Position numbers and translations under genes: made by a program. This document shows, one piece after another, positions 53,050 to 64,000 of a DNA stretch of 64,000 nucleotides. Location of the stretch: the NCBI GenBank assembly GCA_030265395.1, contig JARFYF010000012.1, positions 31,083,323 to 31,147,322 of the forward strand, in the 5' to 3' direction. Each line of letters starts with the position of its first letter. Position 1 is the stretch's first letter. The stretch is from Rhina ancylostomus (lineage: Eukaryota). The notes under the pieces were generated by a model. That model had not been told where the DNA came from. It saw nothing but the letters and a program-made list of their open reading frames with translations, and searched no databases.

Positions 53050-53760
53050 GGGCTTGAGCAAAAATAATGCCTGAGATTTCTTAAGCATGCACTCAGTGAA
53101 ATATTCCAAATAGACCAGCCACAAATCCAAGCTCTGGGTGAGGGCTGCTTTATCAATGGTTGTCAAGGTCACAGCCGTCATGAACATCTCTACATTGTGT
53201 CTTTGCCGAGTAGAATAGGAAGTATTTGTAGCATCTCACAGTTCGCATTCACTGTTGCATAAGAGAGGTCAGTAGCACACTCTGTTCCAAATAAGCTGAG
53301 TGCTTATCATTCTCCCTTGTCAGAGACTTTCATGTAGAGTGGAGGAAATGGCTTCATGAGGACTGCAGACTTCCTCATTGTGTGAGGTGCCAATAACCTT
53401 GAATTTAACCTTGCAAGTGCCGCCTCTCAACTTTTGCATTTTTTGCAACCAGAAAGAATTGCACTCCCACAGTCTCCTGTTGATGTGTGCCCCATATCTA
53501 ATTTCAGGATGTGTGCCACATGTACAGATTGTGTTAAACAATCAAGTTTATTAAGAAACCCAATCATGCGAGTGACTGCCTATTATCTTGGCAGCAATCC
53601 TGATACCTTAATTCTATTGCAATGGTGTGTGCCTTTTAGAGTCACCATGTTAAACCATGGGATAGCTACTGGGTGACAAGGGCTGGCTGCTGAACACATG
53701 CCTCTTGACTCCTGTGTGCAACACATTCATGTTAGAACAAGACAAAGTTGACATATTATG
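53050..53760 (+). mobile_element. PIF/Harbinger DDE transposase fossil
   Basis: Ordered remnants ADFLIV*GA, FCNQKELHS, IMRVTAYYLGSNPDTLIL and G*LLGDKGWLLNTCLLTPVCN correspond to the HARBI1-family motifs GFP.V.GAID, NRKG.HS, A..PGS.HD..IL and GWLLGD.GYPL..WL.TP. Confidence 0.75.
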
Positions 53761-53784
53761 GTACAAAATGTAACAGCAAACCAT

Positions 53785-53990
53785 TGAGAACATAAGAAAT
53801 AGAAGTAGGAAGAGACCATTCAGTCTATTGTGCCTGCCGTACTATTCAGTAGGCCATGGCTAACCTTCTACATTAACTCCACTTACCTGACCGAGACCCT
53901 TATTCTTTGATTATCTTTCATTATCAAGAGATCTTTTTATCTGTGCTTAAAATGCCAGTACTGCTGCTTGGAGTTCTAGAAATACTAGAT
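53785..53990 (-). mobile_element. Short CR1 tail inserted into the Harbinger fossil
   Basis: gaacataagaaatagaagtaggaagagaccattcag, the CR1 tail in reverse orientation. Confidence 0.75.
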
Positions 53991-54879
53991 AGAGTAGGTT
54001 TCAGGATTCATGGTCACCTGGTGTTTGTTGCACAAATTTGTTCCTGCCAGCAGTTGCATGGTGGGGGGNNNNNNNNNNNNNNNNNNNNNNNNNNNNNNNN
54101 NNNNNNNNNNNNNNNNNNNNNNNNNNNNNNNNNNNNNNNNNNNNNNNNNNNNNNNNNNNNNNNNNNNNNNNNNNNNNNNNNNNNNNNNNNNNNNNNNNNN
54201 NNNNNNNNNNNNNNNNNNNNNNNNNNNNNNNNNNNNNNNNNNNNNNNNNNNNNNNNNNNNNNNNNNNNNNAAAGCAAATTCATAAGCCAAATCTTGCAGT
54301 GTACAAGACAAACATAATCTAATCACCCTTTATGCATTCTGTTTGTGCCTGCCTTCCACGTAGATTTGCCTGCCTGGTGCTCCTGGGCTGTCTGCTATTT
54401 CCTGGTGGATGCAAAAATGGCTGAGAGAAGGCTGCTATTGGACAGTGGATAGGCCTGAGAGAGTGCAGTAGGATGACTTTGGCTAGGTCCCTGTCTGCAA
54501 GGGCTTGCTGCTAACTGCTCATGCTTGTTACAATCAGTAGCAGTTTGGACTAGCTATCCAACAGACAACAGGTATACTAACAAGTTAACTGCTTGACTTG
54601 GAAAAGAATGCTGCTGTCTTTGATTGTCCTTATCCTGGCATAGAGAAAGAAGTGCATTAGTGTGCGTCTTGCAGTGCGTCTGGATGATGTGTCTCTTATG
54701 GTTGAATAGGGGCTGCGTATGTAAGCTGTGTGCATGCAGGTTTAAGTCTTGACGTATTGGTAAATATATGCAGGTGGGAGGTACCGTGTGCATGTTGGGT
54801 ATGAGTCCTGATGAAAATTATCAAGTGAATGATGGGAATATATTGCACTAAAGCAATAGTGATTCAGCTGATAAAATTG

Positions 54880-55215
54880 GTGACCTTGACCACGCACGAG
54901 TTGGAGGTCTTTGCAATTCTTATGAGCTTGCATCCACTTTCTTAGCGTTTAACTCCTGATGTTGACTCTCGCTGTTATCTCCTGCCTTTGGAACACCTGT
55001 CTGGATTCTCGGCAACTATTGTATGCCATTGAACTAATGATAAGCACAACACCAGTTCTCCTTTACTAAAGCCTGTGACTTTACTCCTCTTGTTGACTAC
55101 CATAGTGACAACTTGACTAAATGCCTGTATTCATCAGAAATTGCACATCTCCTCCTTCTCCCCTCCATATCCTCCACCAAAGCTTCCATTGCAGCACCAG
55201 AAAACCCATTCTCTC
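54880..55215 (-). mobile_element. Myb/SANT-like DNA-binding ORF fossil (second gene of the Harbinger element)
   Basis: GFSGAAMEALVEDMEGRRR and VNIRS*TLRKWMQAHKNCKDL resemble the family motifs RFS..ELE.LV..V..RR and VNA....RT..QCRKK..DL; convergent with the transposase. Confidence 0.6.
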
Positions 55216-58200
55216 CTCTATGGTGAGATCGATCTTTTGGCAAAGAGCAGTTACCCTGCAAAGCCTTCCATATCCCAACACAGCAACAGAACACTTTCCT
55301 ATCAAGAGGTGCAGGGTTGCTTTAAGTAATTAAGGCTGGCTTTAACCGGTTTTAAACACTAGCAGATTTAAATTTCTTGCTGAGGCAATAAACCATTTAA
55401 CTTTTTATTTCTGGTGGCTGCATGCCAAAATTAATAAAAATGGATATAAATTTGGAGTCCTGCCTACTAGCAGATCGAACATTGCATTGTAATGCATTCA
55501 TTTTCTGAGGCTGCCCATCTTANNNNNNCATGGCGTACAATTTCTACAGTGCCTGCATGTACACATTGCACACCCACAACCTCTTGGATCTTGGAACTGC
55601 TGCCCAAGGTAATTAGTTAACTTTGTGGCTAGGGTTAAGTCTAGGGGGATGCGAGCTGAAGAGACCAGCGATTATGCAGACCAGAAGTGGGGTTTGGGGT
55701 GATGATTGGCTGCTGGTAATCAGTGGTGAGGTGAGGTGGAAGTCTGTGATGGTCATTTGGGTGATTGCTGGGCAGTGGTGTCTGGTAAGTTAATCAGTGG
55801 ACAGGAAGAAGCGAGAGATTTGATTCTTGGGGAGTGTGGGTTGCTACCGAGGTAGAACTGGTAAGTAAGTAAGGCAAGTAGGTCACAAGGAAGGAAACCT
55901 CATAAGCACTGTGAAAAGGCCAGTCCAACTCAAAAGAAGATCCCAGAAATTGTAATGGCCATCATGTACAAATCATGGACTCAGTACACTCACTCACTCA
56001 GGATTTATCTTTCACAGATGTCGAATCAAATAGTGTAAAATAAAAATTGAGCAACACAATCTAATTTCTAAGTGCCAAAGCCCGCATGCATAATGCTTGA
56101 GAATATGGGTGTTCCCTATTAGAAATATGAATACAAGCGTTAATAGAGAAAATTGAAAAGGACTTGTATATGACTGTTCAATATGGTCTGTGCTTGTTTG
56201 GCTTGATTAAAGTCTCAGGTAGTTCTGCGGCTATCTGGGTTAAAACTAGGTTGGAGAGGCAGATCCAATGCACAATTAAATTACAAATGCAGACAGATTG
56301 TCAAACAGATTGAATTTGACATGCATGCAAGGTAATTGCATCTTGGTATCAATAACTCCAGAAACAACAATTGTTGTGTGATACATTTGAATATCTGTTT
56401 TAATAGCAATACATTAGTCTGATTTGGAATTTTTTTTGTACTTCAAACTCTATCCACTATTTCAGCTTTTCTGCTTGCTTTATCAAAATAGATTATGGGC
56501 TACTTTGTAAGGTTGCTGTTTATTTTGACAGTGTTCTCTAAAATAGAACTGATCATTTCAGAACTAGTGTATGCAAGCTTACTTTTTTCCCTTTTAATGA
56601 AAACCATTTCTGTTAATTGATGGGCTAAGCAGCATATTTCTCTCATGATTTTATGATTCAATGTAAATCATCAATTTCCATTTTTATTTCAATAATATAC
56701 AATCTTCATATTGTACCATGTTTTTCAATATTATTTTTGCCTTTGTATGAACAAAATCATTTCTTCATATACACAACTCAGTTTTCTGCAACATACTAAT
56801 ATCCTTTTACATTTGTTAATGTCAATTTTTTTCATTTTTCCATGGTGTATTGGAGCTGTCATTTTGTCGCAGCCTGTATTAATTGTAAAAGTAATAATTT
56901 ATAATAAGTATATTAGTTTTTATCCATTGTTTTCTTTGTTAATGCTTCAAAAGTGCATCAAATTGATAGAAAATTATTATTTCTTGTTGGCAACATGAAG
57001 TCTGAAAACTATTCTGCAATAGGTTAACAAAATATCTTAGAAAACATCTCGTATGTATGGTATGGTGAATAAATATCTTTTCTCAAGTTGACTAGCATTA
57101 AATTGTCCTCGAAGACAATGAGGGAAGCCTTGCTGGTTGGAGTCATTGCCTCTAAAACTTCAGGAAGCCTTAGGCTTACAGGAAAGTGCTCTCGAATGTG
57201 GAAATCTGAAACTTACTGAATGACAGATGGTGCTCTGTGCTCCACCTCTGCACTTCACACACAGTCTAATGACTGAGCACAGTCCTGGTGAAATTCCCCA
57301 GCATTTCACTGGAGAATTGCTGCTCAAATCCCACCCCAGGCCATTGTTTCCATTTTTAATATTTACTTCAATTTTAATAATTTTTAAATAGTTTCTGAAT
57401 TTTAGAGACTTTGATTGCTTTGGCAGCTGATGAAGCTCCACTCCCAGCTCCTCCTCCTCCTGTTAAAGTCTGTCAGGATTTTTCCAGGAGTGGACCCTCT
57501 GCCCCATGTTTCCTGAGGTCTTGTCACCTGGCTCCCTGATTCAAGGGGATGGAGAACCAGTGAAATGGCTCTTCCATATCTATCCAGGTGAGCGTGGATA
57601 TGAGCAGTCCAGAGCAGCGCTTGGGGTCCAGCTTCATCTGTCCCATTATCAAATATTCAAGTCAGGAAATGTGCAGATGTAACAACAGTGATTAGTCACT
57701 ATGTAACTTGCCTTATCAATTGAAATGAGATGAATCTTTGTGCAGGTGNNNNNTAAATGGCTGGAATTGTTGCTGTTCTGTGCTGAGCCAGTTGGGCAGT
57801 CAATGCGTAGAACTAATGTGGGCTTTCTTGTTTTCACACCAGGGCACCCTGCCATCAAGGGTCACTAGATGCGCAACAATGCTGTACTGAAACTACTAAG
57901 ATTAACTAGATAAGGGATTCAGTCTAGGTCATTTTAAATAATTTGCTTCATATATAAAAAAATATTCAACTCTCAAGCATAATTTGGTAGGGTTTCCAAT
58001 GTTCTTACTAGAAATGTTTTCTAATTTCAGTCTTGATTTCACTGCAACTCTCCTGAATCACTTAACATAAGAATATAATGCTCTGGAACCATCTTCAAGC
58101 AGGTCACCACCCTTTGGTCAGCAGGCTCCTACCTGTTCAACTCGATCATACTTCGGATGGGTCAGGTGGTGTGAACTTCCTTAGTGAAGCTGGCTCCCAC

Positions 58201-59944
58201 CTGATCAACAAGCCTCTCTGTAGCACAGCTGCCAATCCCACAAGCATGCTTTGAAAGTTGCAACCCAAAGCTGAACTGACTGCCAAAGCTGTCTGAGCGT
58301 CTGAATGTGTCTGATACTTATATAGATTCTGAAAATGTTCATGCCCATACCTACTGGTACATTCTGAATGTGATTGGTCTATGTATTCAATGCTCGGTGC
58401 TCTGACCATTGCAGGTAGAGCCATCTGCTCTCCTTGCTGTAGCAGATTTCAATATCTAACCCATCTGTAAACAAATGTGAGGATGTGCTTGCAGATCTGT
58501 AATTTGCATTGATTCACTTTAATGGTCAGAAAATCATGGTCTGGTGAGGGAAACAAACCTAGACCAATTAAGTGCTGAATCCATTAATGCTTCAGACCTG
58601 ACCTCAAGGTTGGCAATTTCTGCAACAGTTCCAGAGTAGGTGGATTTCTCCTTCTTTTAATATTTCAGTCTGCATCCACTTACTGTATCATTCGTCTGCC
58701 CACTTATGGATCCAACACCAGGTGAAAGGTTCCTGGCAGTATTCAAAATCTATTCATGTTTTACCCCACCCAAACTCTTGCTCTCGTTCTCAAACATACC
58801 TTGTGTCATCACTGAATTTGACCACTTCAGGGAAATATGTTAAAATTAATTAATTTGAATGTGAAATAAAATGGGGATTCAATACTTATTTGTTGGATTT
58901 TCAAAAATTTAGGTGCATGTGTGCCCAGAAATTCAAACCTGGTCAGTACCAATACACATGCTGCATGGTAATAGCAATGCATTGTATGGTGCCTCTGATA
59001 TTCAGTTCCATTAGTCTAGCAGATAGTGCTACTATGTGGATATGATTTTCAGGGCAATCATAATGATTTCTTTTAAAGCCTTCAATTGCTATAACCATGT
59101 ATTTTCCTAATTTTCACTTCAGAAAATATTAGTGCATTTTTATGCCTCTTTTCTATTCTGTCTTGGTACTCCTATTTGTGTATGTGGCTTTGCACTTCAG
59201 TATTCAAGCCACAGTGCACACTGCACATTAGGTCATAGGTTTGCTTTGTAACAAGGCAGTTTCTCTGAGCATTGTCACAAACAATAGAGGAATTGAACTG
59301 ACCTTTCTATCATGCATGATAGGTCAGCTGATTGAGGGACTGTTACCAGACTGCTGTTGAACAGTAATTAACATTGTGGATGGCACAGAAGTAGGAAACC
59401 TACACTCTGTAGTTAGGGTTTCAATCAGTGGTAAATATATTATGTACACTCCACTATAACAAAAGCAAGCTTTGGGGTTTTTTTTGCATTTGCAGATTGT
59501 TGAGACATTTGTCAAAGTGACATAAGAACCAAAAGTAAACATTTCAACAAGCACGCCCATATTTATGTTTGTTTGAGAATATATGTAATGATCTTCAAAA
59601 TGGTACTTGTGTAACATGATCTGTTAAAGAAAGCAGCACTGGCCATGAAACTGATGATTAAATCTCACTGGAAAAGTTTAATATTGCACATTATGCTGGA
59701 TTATTATTTCATGTATCCAGAAATTCATCCAGCCTAGAAATTCATCCTCTGCCTGTAATACTTTGTAATACTGACACTATGTTGTATTCTACATCTAAAA
59801 TTCAGTTCCAGTGATTCGGCATTTAGTGTGACCAACCAGGCATGAATTTCAAGTCAATAATAATAACCTAATGTAAAACACTTCAGATGTTAGGATATAT
59901 ATTCTTGTACAATCCCTTGGGAGCATTTCAGATATTGAACACAT

Positions 59945-60250
59945 AACACTCTGTCTATTAGGCCAGTAACTGCATCAACCACTGGCATACTCTCGCTGTA
60001 GTGTGGGTCACCTATATAATGCACTGTGGTTTCTTGCGAATGTCACTTTGGCATCACCTCCCAAAACTATGACCTCCACCATCAAAGGGGGCAAGGGCAA
60101 CAAATATATGGGAACACAGGGATTCCCCTTCAAGTTGCACACCATCCTGAATTGGAAATTCAGGGGAATCACCCAATTCAGGATGAATTAGAAATGTATC
60201 ATTCTCCCTACATCATTTCTGGATCTAAATCCTGAAATTCTCTGCCAAAC
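59945..60250 (+). mobile_element. CR1/L2-group LINE 3' fragment (second family)
   Basis: ttccccttcaagttgcacaccatcctgaattggaaat and ggatctaaatcctgaaattctctgcc match the reverse complement of 22980-23090 and 37020-37130. Confidence 0.7.
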
Positions 60251-61079
60251 ACAGGAGAGAAATGAGTATAGAAGATCACTCCAAGTAGGAATCAGGATTG
60301 ACCATCTTTGATTTCTCTAGAAATTCCTTGGAGTCACTCCATTTATTAATTTTATTGGGAACAATGGATCACAACAACAAGAAATTTGAGAGAACAAGTT
60401 CATAGACTATACCAGACACTGACACTTTGCTAGCTGGCTCATATGACAAGACCATTTTGCTGAAGGCTGTGCTTTATAGCCAACCCAAGAGTTTTGGTAG
60501 AAGACTATAGTTCAACACAGCATAGTTCCACACAGTGAGACAGCCAAACATGTTTCCAGAAATTCAGCATTCACCTGGACAACTTGGTCTTGCTTCTCCA
60601 AACTAGGTGGTTCTCCCAAGGCTGACGCAGTCATTGTGGAGAGCTCAGGCTGAGGTCTGTAGGTGTGCCAAGAAGCAAAGTATAGTCTGATCTCTATCTG
60701 CTGAGTGAACCTGTAGCCGCTGCTGGAGGTTTGCTGCCCACACATTGATTTCTCCTCCCACATTACTGCCCGAGTTTGTCATTATCTCCTTTCATCTGTC
60801 ACGATGCTGATGGTCCTATAAAAGGAGTTGAGTTGCTGTGTGACAACAAAGCATGTTGTGGAATGCATAGCACTAGGTGGCAGGTACAATTTAAAAGGCA
60901 AAAGTGTATAATGATGTAATCTGGGGGGGGGGGGGGCCCCCGCAGGTGGTGTGGAATCAGGAGTTGAAACCAAATGCAAAAACACAAAAGGTGTGGAAGA
61001 GCAGAAAAACATAAGGATTCAAACACATTATTCCTTGAAAATGTGAGTACGGATAGCCAAACCTCTGCATTATCCCAGT

Positions 61080-61640
61080 AACACTTCAGGTTTTGTAAAT
61101 GAGGACCTAGGAAACAGCAGCAAGAAATTGATGTTTATTTTTACAAGGAAATGATTAAGGGCAAGAGTACTGTTTGCATTGTTGAAGCTTGATTACAAAA
61201 GGGCATTAAAACTTCATTTGGATGATACTAGAGCTGAGCCCTTTAGGTTCTGAGGGGAGATTTGAGATGCTGAGAGTAGCAAAGGCTAAGCAGATACTTA
61301 AAAGCTATTAAAATTGTGAAGATTTTTTGTTGTAATCAGGGAAGGTCTATTTCTACAGAGTCGATGATAAGGAGTTGTCAGCTTGTATTTACTACACAGG
61401 CCGTGAAGATAAATGGTTAGCATTTTCTCTTCACAGAGTTGTTACAATGTGGAAAACTTTCTAGTTAAGGGAGAGACCAGTGGACCTTTTAAGGAAGAGC
61501 ATTTAAAAATGTGAAGCAGAGAAAGATGAAGTGATATGTGGAGGGACTTGGGGAATGGAATTATTTTCTGATTCCCTTAGCAGAGAGTCAACTCAGTGGA
61601 TTGAATGTTTTCTTTAAGTGCTGTAAACCCTAATGATTCA
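61080..61640 (+). mobile_element. Very old CR1 fragment
   Basis: gagggGAGATTTGA (RGDL-like), ttcacagagttgttacaatgtggaa (FSQRVV..WN-like) and a tail-like end. Confidence 0.5.
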
Positions 61641-62039
61641 ATGGAACTTTCCATGCTGAATTGTATCTTCGTAATGATTTACTGATCTCAGATGTTTTAC
61701 CACTTTGCTGTCAAATAACCAAATGTTAGATGTTTCTAAGTTTGTTTCAAAAAGTAATCACAAGCAAAACTAAGAAGAATCCAAGTTTCTCACTGCAGAT
61801 TATTTCTGCACCTAAATCTGCAACAAAACATGAAGCTGGTCATATGACTTTATTTATAAATAAGTGGTTTATTTTTGTTCATCAATTGGGTGAGGAGTTT
61901 TTTTTGAGCCAAGGTGCCATGTGAATGTAATGCTTTAATGTTTGAATTATCTTGAAAAATATGGAACTTTAGGGTTTATACAAGGGGTGATGTGGACATT
62001 GGTTGGGGAGGGGGAGTGATTTACATTATTATTGTATGT

Positions 62040-62255
62040 AAAAGCAAAACCCTGCAGATACTAGAAATATGAAATAAAAACAGTGTATGCTGGAAATATT
62101 CAGGACATCAGAGAGCATCTATAAAGAGGAAAATAGAGCTGGCATTTTGGTAATGATCTGACAGATTCAGATGAACGGTCATCAACCTGAAGCATTTATT
62201 CTGTTTCTATCTTGCAGAAGTTGCCATGTTTTTTTTAGTATTTTCTGTGTTCATT
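62040..62255. mobile_element. Penelope-derived repeat, two inverted halves
   Basis: ctgcagatactagaaatatgaaataaaaacag..tgctggaaata is followed by the opposite-orientation half cagatgaacggtcatcaacctgaa...gtattttctgtgtt. Confidence 0.55.
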
Positions 62256-62460
62256 TGACTGCTGTAACATGTACCTTTTTAATATGTATGTATGCTGTTA
62301 GATATAATGGCACAGCAGGTTATAAACTGTTAGTCCCTCAAGCATATCGGCGATTATTTAAAAACTTTTTAAAGCTTTCCAATTTAAGCCCAAGAATTCT
62401 TTATTCTGTGTATTATTTCTAGTTGATGGAACTCATTGGCAAATTTTTTTTATTTTCTAG

Positions 62461-62777
62461 AGCGGCAACTCTGCATAACCATGGCTGGCTCAAGCACATT
62501 GCCATCCAATGTGGCTGGCATCAGCAAGGAGCTGACGGACCTTCGACACCTGATCCAATTCCCTGAAGAGATTGCCAGTATTTTGACCGAGCAAGAGCAG
62601 GAACTCTATCGCAAGGTCTTACCGCTTGACTACCTCTGCTTTCTGACCAGGGATTTAGTAAATCCCAGTTGCCCCAGCAGACCATCCCCCCTCAAAACCT
62701 CCATCTTGGCAACGGATCCGGATAGCAAAAGTAGGGAGCACAATGCAATTGAAGACTTGGTGGCAAGATTTAACGAG
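62461..62777 (+). CDS. PLCE1: PLCE1 coding exon (equivalent to human exon 4), N-terminal part of the RasGEF/CDC25 domain, phase 1 to phase 0
   Basis: Long T tract then ttctAG ending at 62460; donor GAG|GTaggc at 62778. The translation ERQ...[48 protein letters not shown]...[14 protein letters not shown] closely matches recalled human [48 protein letters not shown]...EHNALEDLVMRFNE. Confidence 0.97.
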
Positions 62778-64000
62778 GTAGGCTTTAGCTGGTATGGCTG
62801 ATTTGATCAAGTTTTACTTACTGTAGCTAATGGTTGCGGTGCTAAACTCACAGGCTCGGATTTTCCTTGCATCTGTTTCCACTCTGCCTCTGTAACTTTG
62901 CCATAAATGCAGTGGATGTGGAATTTGTACCACACTTCCAGCAATACCTACAATGATAGTGTTGAAGTACTTCTATAAACTTCCAAGCCAGGCTCATTTT
63001 ATGGTGCTTATTTTCTTACAAAAGCATTTAAATTTGATTAATGTAAAGAAACAAAGTGAGTAAGACTTGGGTGCAAGTGTACAAAGTGAGTAAGACTGGG
63101 ATTTATCAAATCTTTTTCTGTCAATATCTTTATGAAACAATTCTTGTCATTCCTCCTCAAACTCAGTAGCATTGATTCTTTTCTGGATGTATTGGTAAGT
63201 AGCTACCTGCCATACCTCACTGGGGTGACTGTTACTTGCATTGGAGGCTTGAATGTCAGAATGTTTTGAGCTTCAGAGGAATGGAGTTTCAGATGCAGAA
63301 TGCAGTGCACAGTAACTATCATGTAGCTTGTTTAGTGATATTGAAGGGGATGAATTTTTAGCCATTGTAAGTTCTTTAGCTACTTTAAGTCAATAGCAAT
63401 GAATAGCAGTACATGTGCACTCCAAGTCCAAATGCTTTCCAAGTAAGGATTCAAAACAAAAAAAAATGGGGCCGGGATAGTTTTGTTTACACAAGTGAAA
63501 CAATGAAGAAAAAAAGAATGACATTTAATAAGTGGAAGGTTTAATGAGAAGGAATGGTGTAAAGATGGGAGCAAAATCCAGGATCAGGGTACTTCCTTTA
63601 ATTTTCCTGAACTTTTAAGGTTTTTTTATATCAATTTAATTTTCTCATTTACTTTGTCCACTTGTTATACCTACTTCTTTGCTTTCACTATTGTTTGTCA
63701 TATTTCACACCACTTTGTAATTGCCATTTTTCTCATTCCTTTGTATGACTTGCAACTCTCTCTTTTGAATCACATTCCTTTTGTTACCTGTATGACAATA
63801 AGATTGTCTTAGCGGAGCTTTGCACAATACAGTAGCATTTTGGTTTAGTTACTGGGCTCATAGCCATAGTTTCTGGGTCATTAATCCAGTATTATGAGTT
63901 GGAGTCCCTCCGTAGCAACTGGTTCCATGTAAATATGGAACTTTTATATTTAAAAATAACTAGCCTCAATATTGATAAATTTCAAACTGCTAAATTTTTG

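Larger units (their letters stand above)
19368..62460 (+). other. PLCE1: PLCE1 phase-1 GT-AG intron, about 43 kb including N gaps
   Basis: The flanking exons are consecutive in the recalled protein (MLK|ERQ) and their phases are compatible. Confidence 0.9.

Overview
Vertebrate genomic DNA, AT-rich and CpG-poor, from a draft assembly with many N gaps. The repeat families point to a cartilaginous fish (shark or ray; inferred). The whole window lies inside a + strand PLCE1 (phospholipase C epsilon 1) gene. Two coding exons are clear: 19082-19367 (286 bp) and 62461-62777 (317 bp, start of the RasGEF/CDC25 domain), joined in frame across a 43-kb phase-1 intron. The rest is intron filled with decayed mobile DNA: many CR1 LINE fragments, a second CR1/L2-group LINE family, Deu-domain and V-domain SINEs, a Penelope-like GIY-YIG fragment with short derivatives, a two-gene PIF/Harbinger fossil and a probable L1/Tx1 fossil. 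The two best leads are (1) a candidate internal first exon plus a 15-nt frame-preserving microexon at about 39.6-39.9 kb, and (2) degenerate hammerhead-ribozyme motifs in the Penelope-derived repeats. No prokaryotic system, CRISPR array, rRNA or bona fide tRNA gene was seen. Repeat boundaries are approximate, and all family assignments come from recalled motifs, not database searches.
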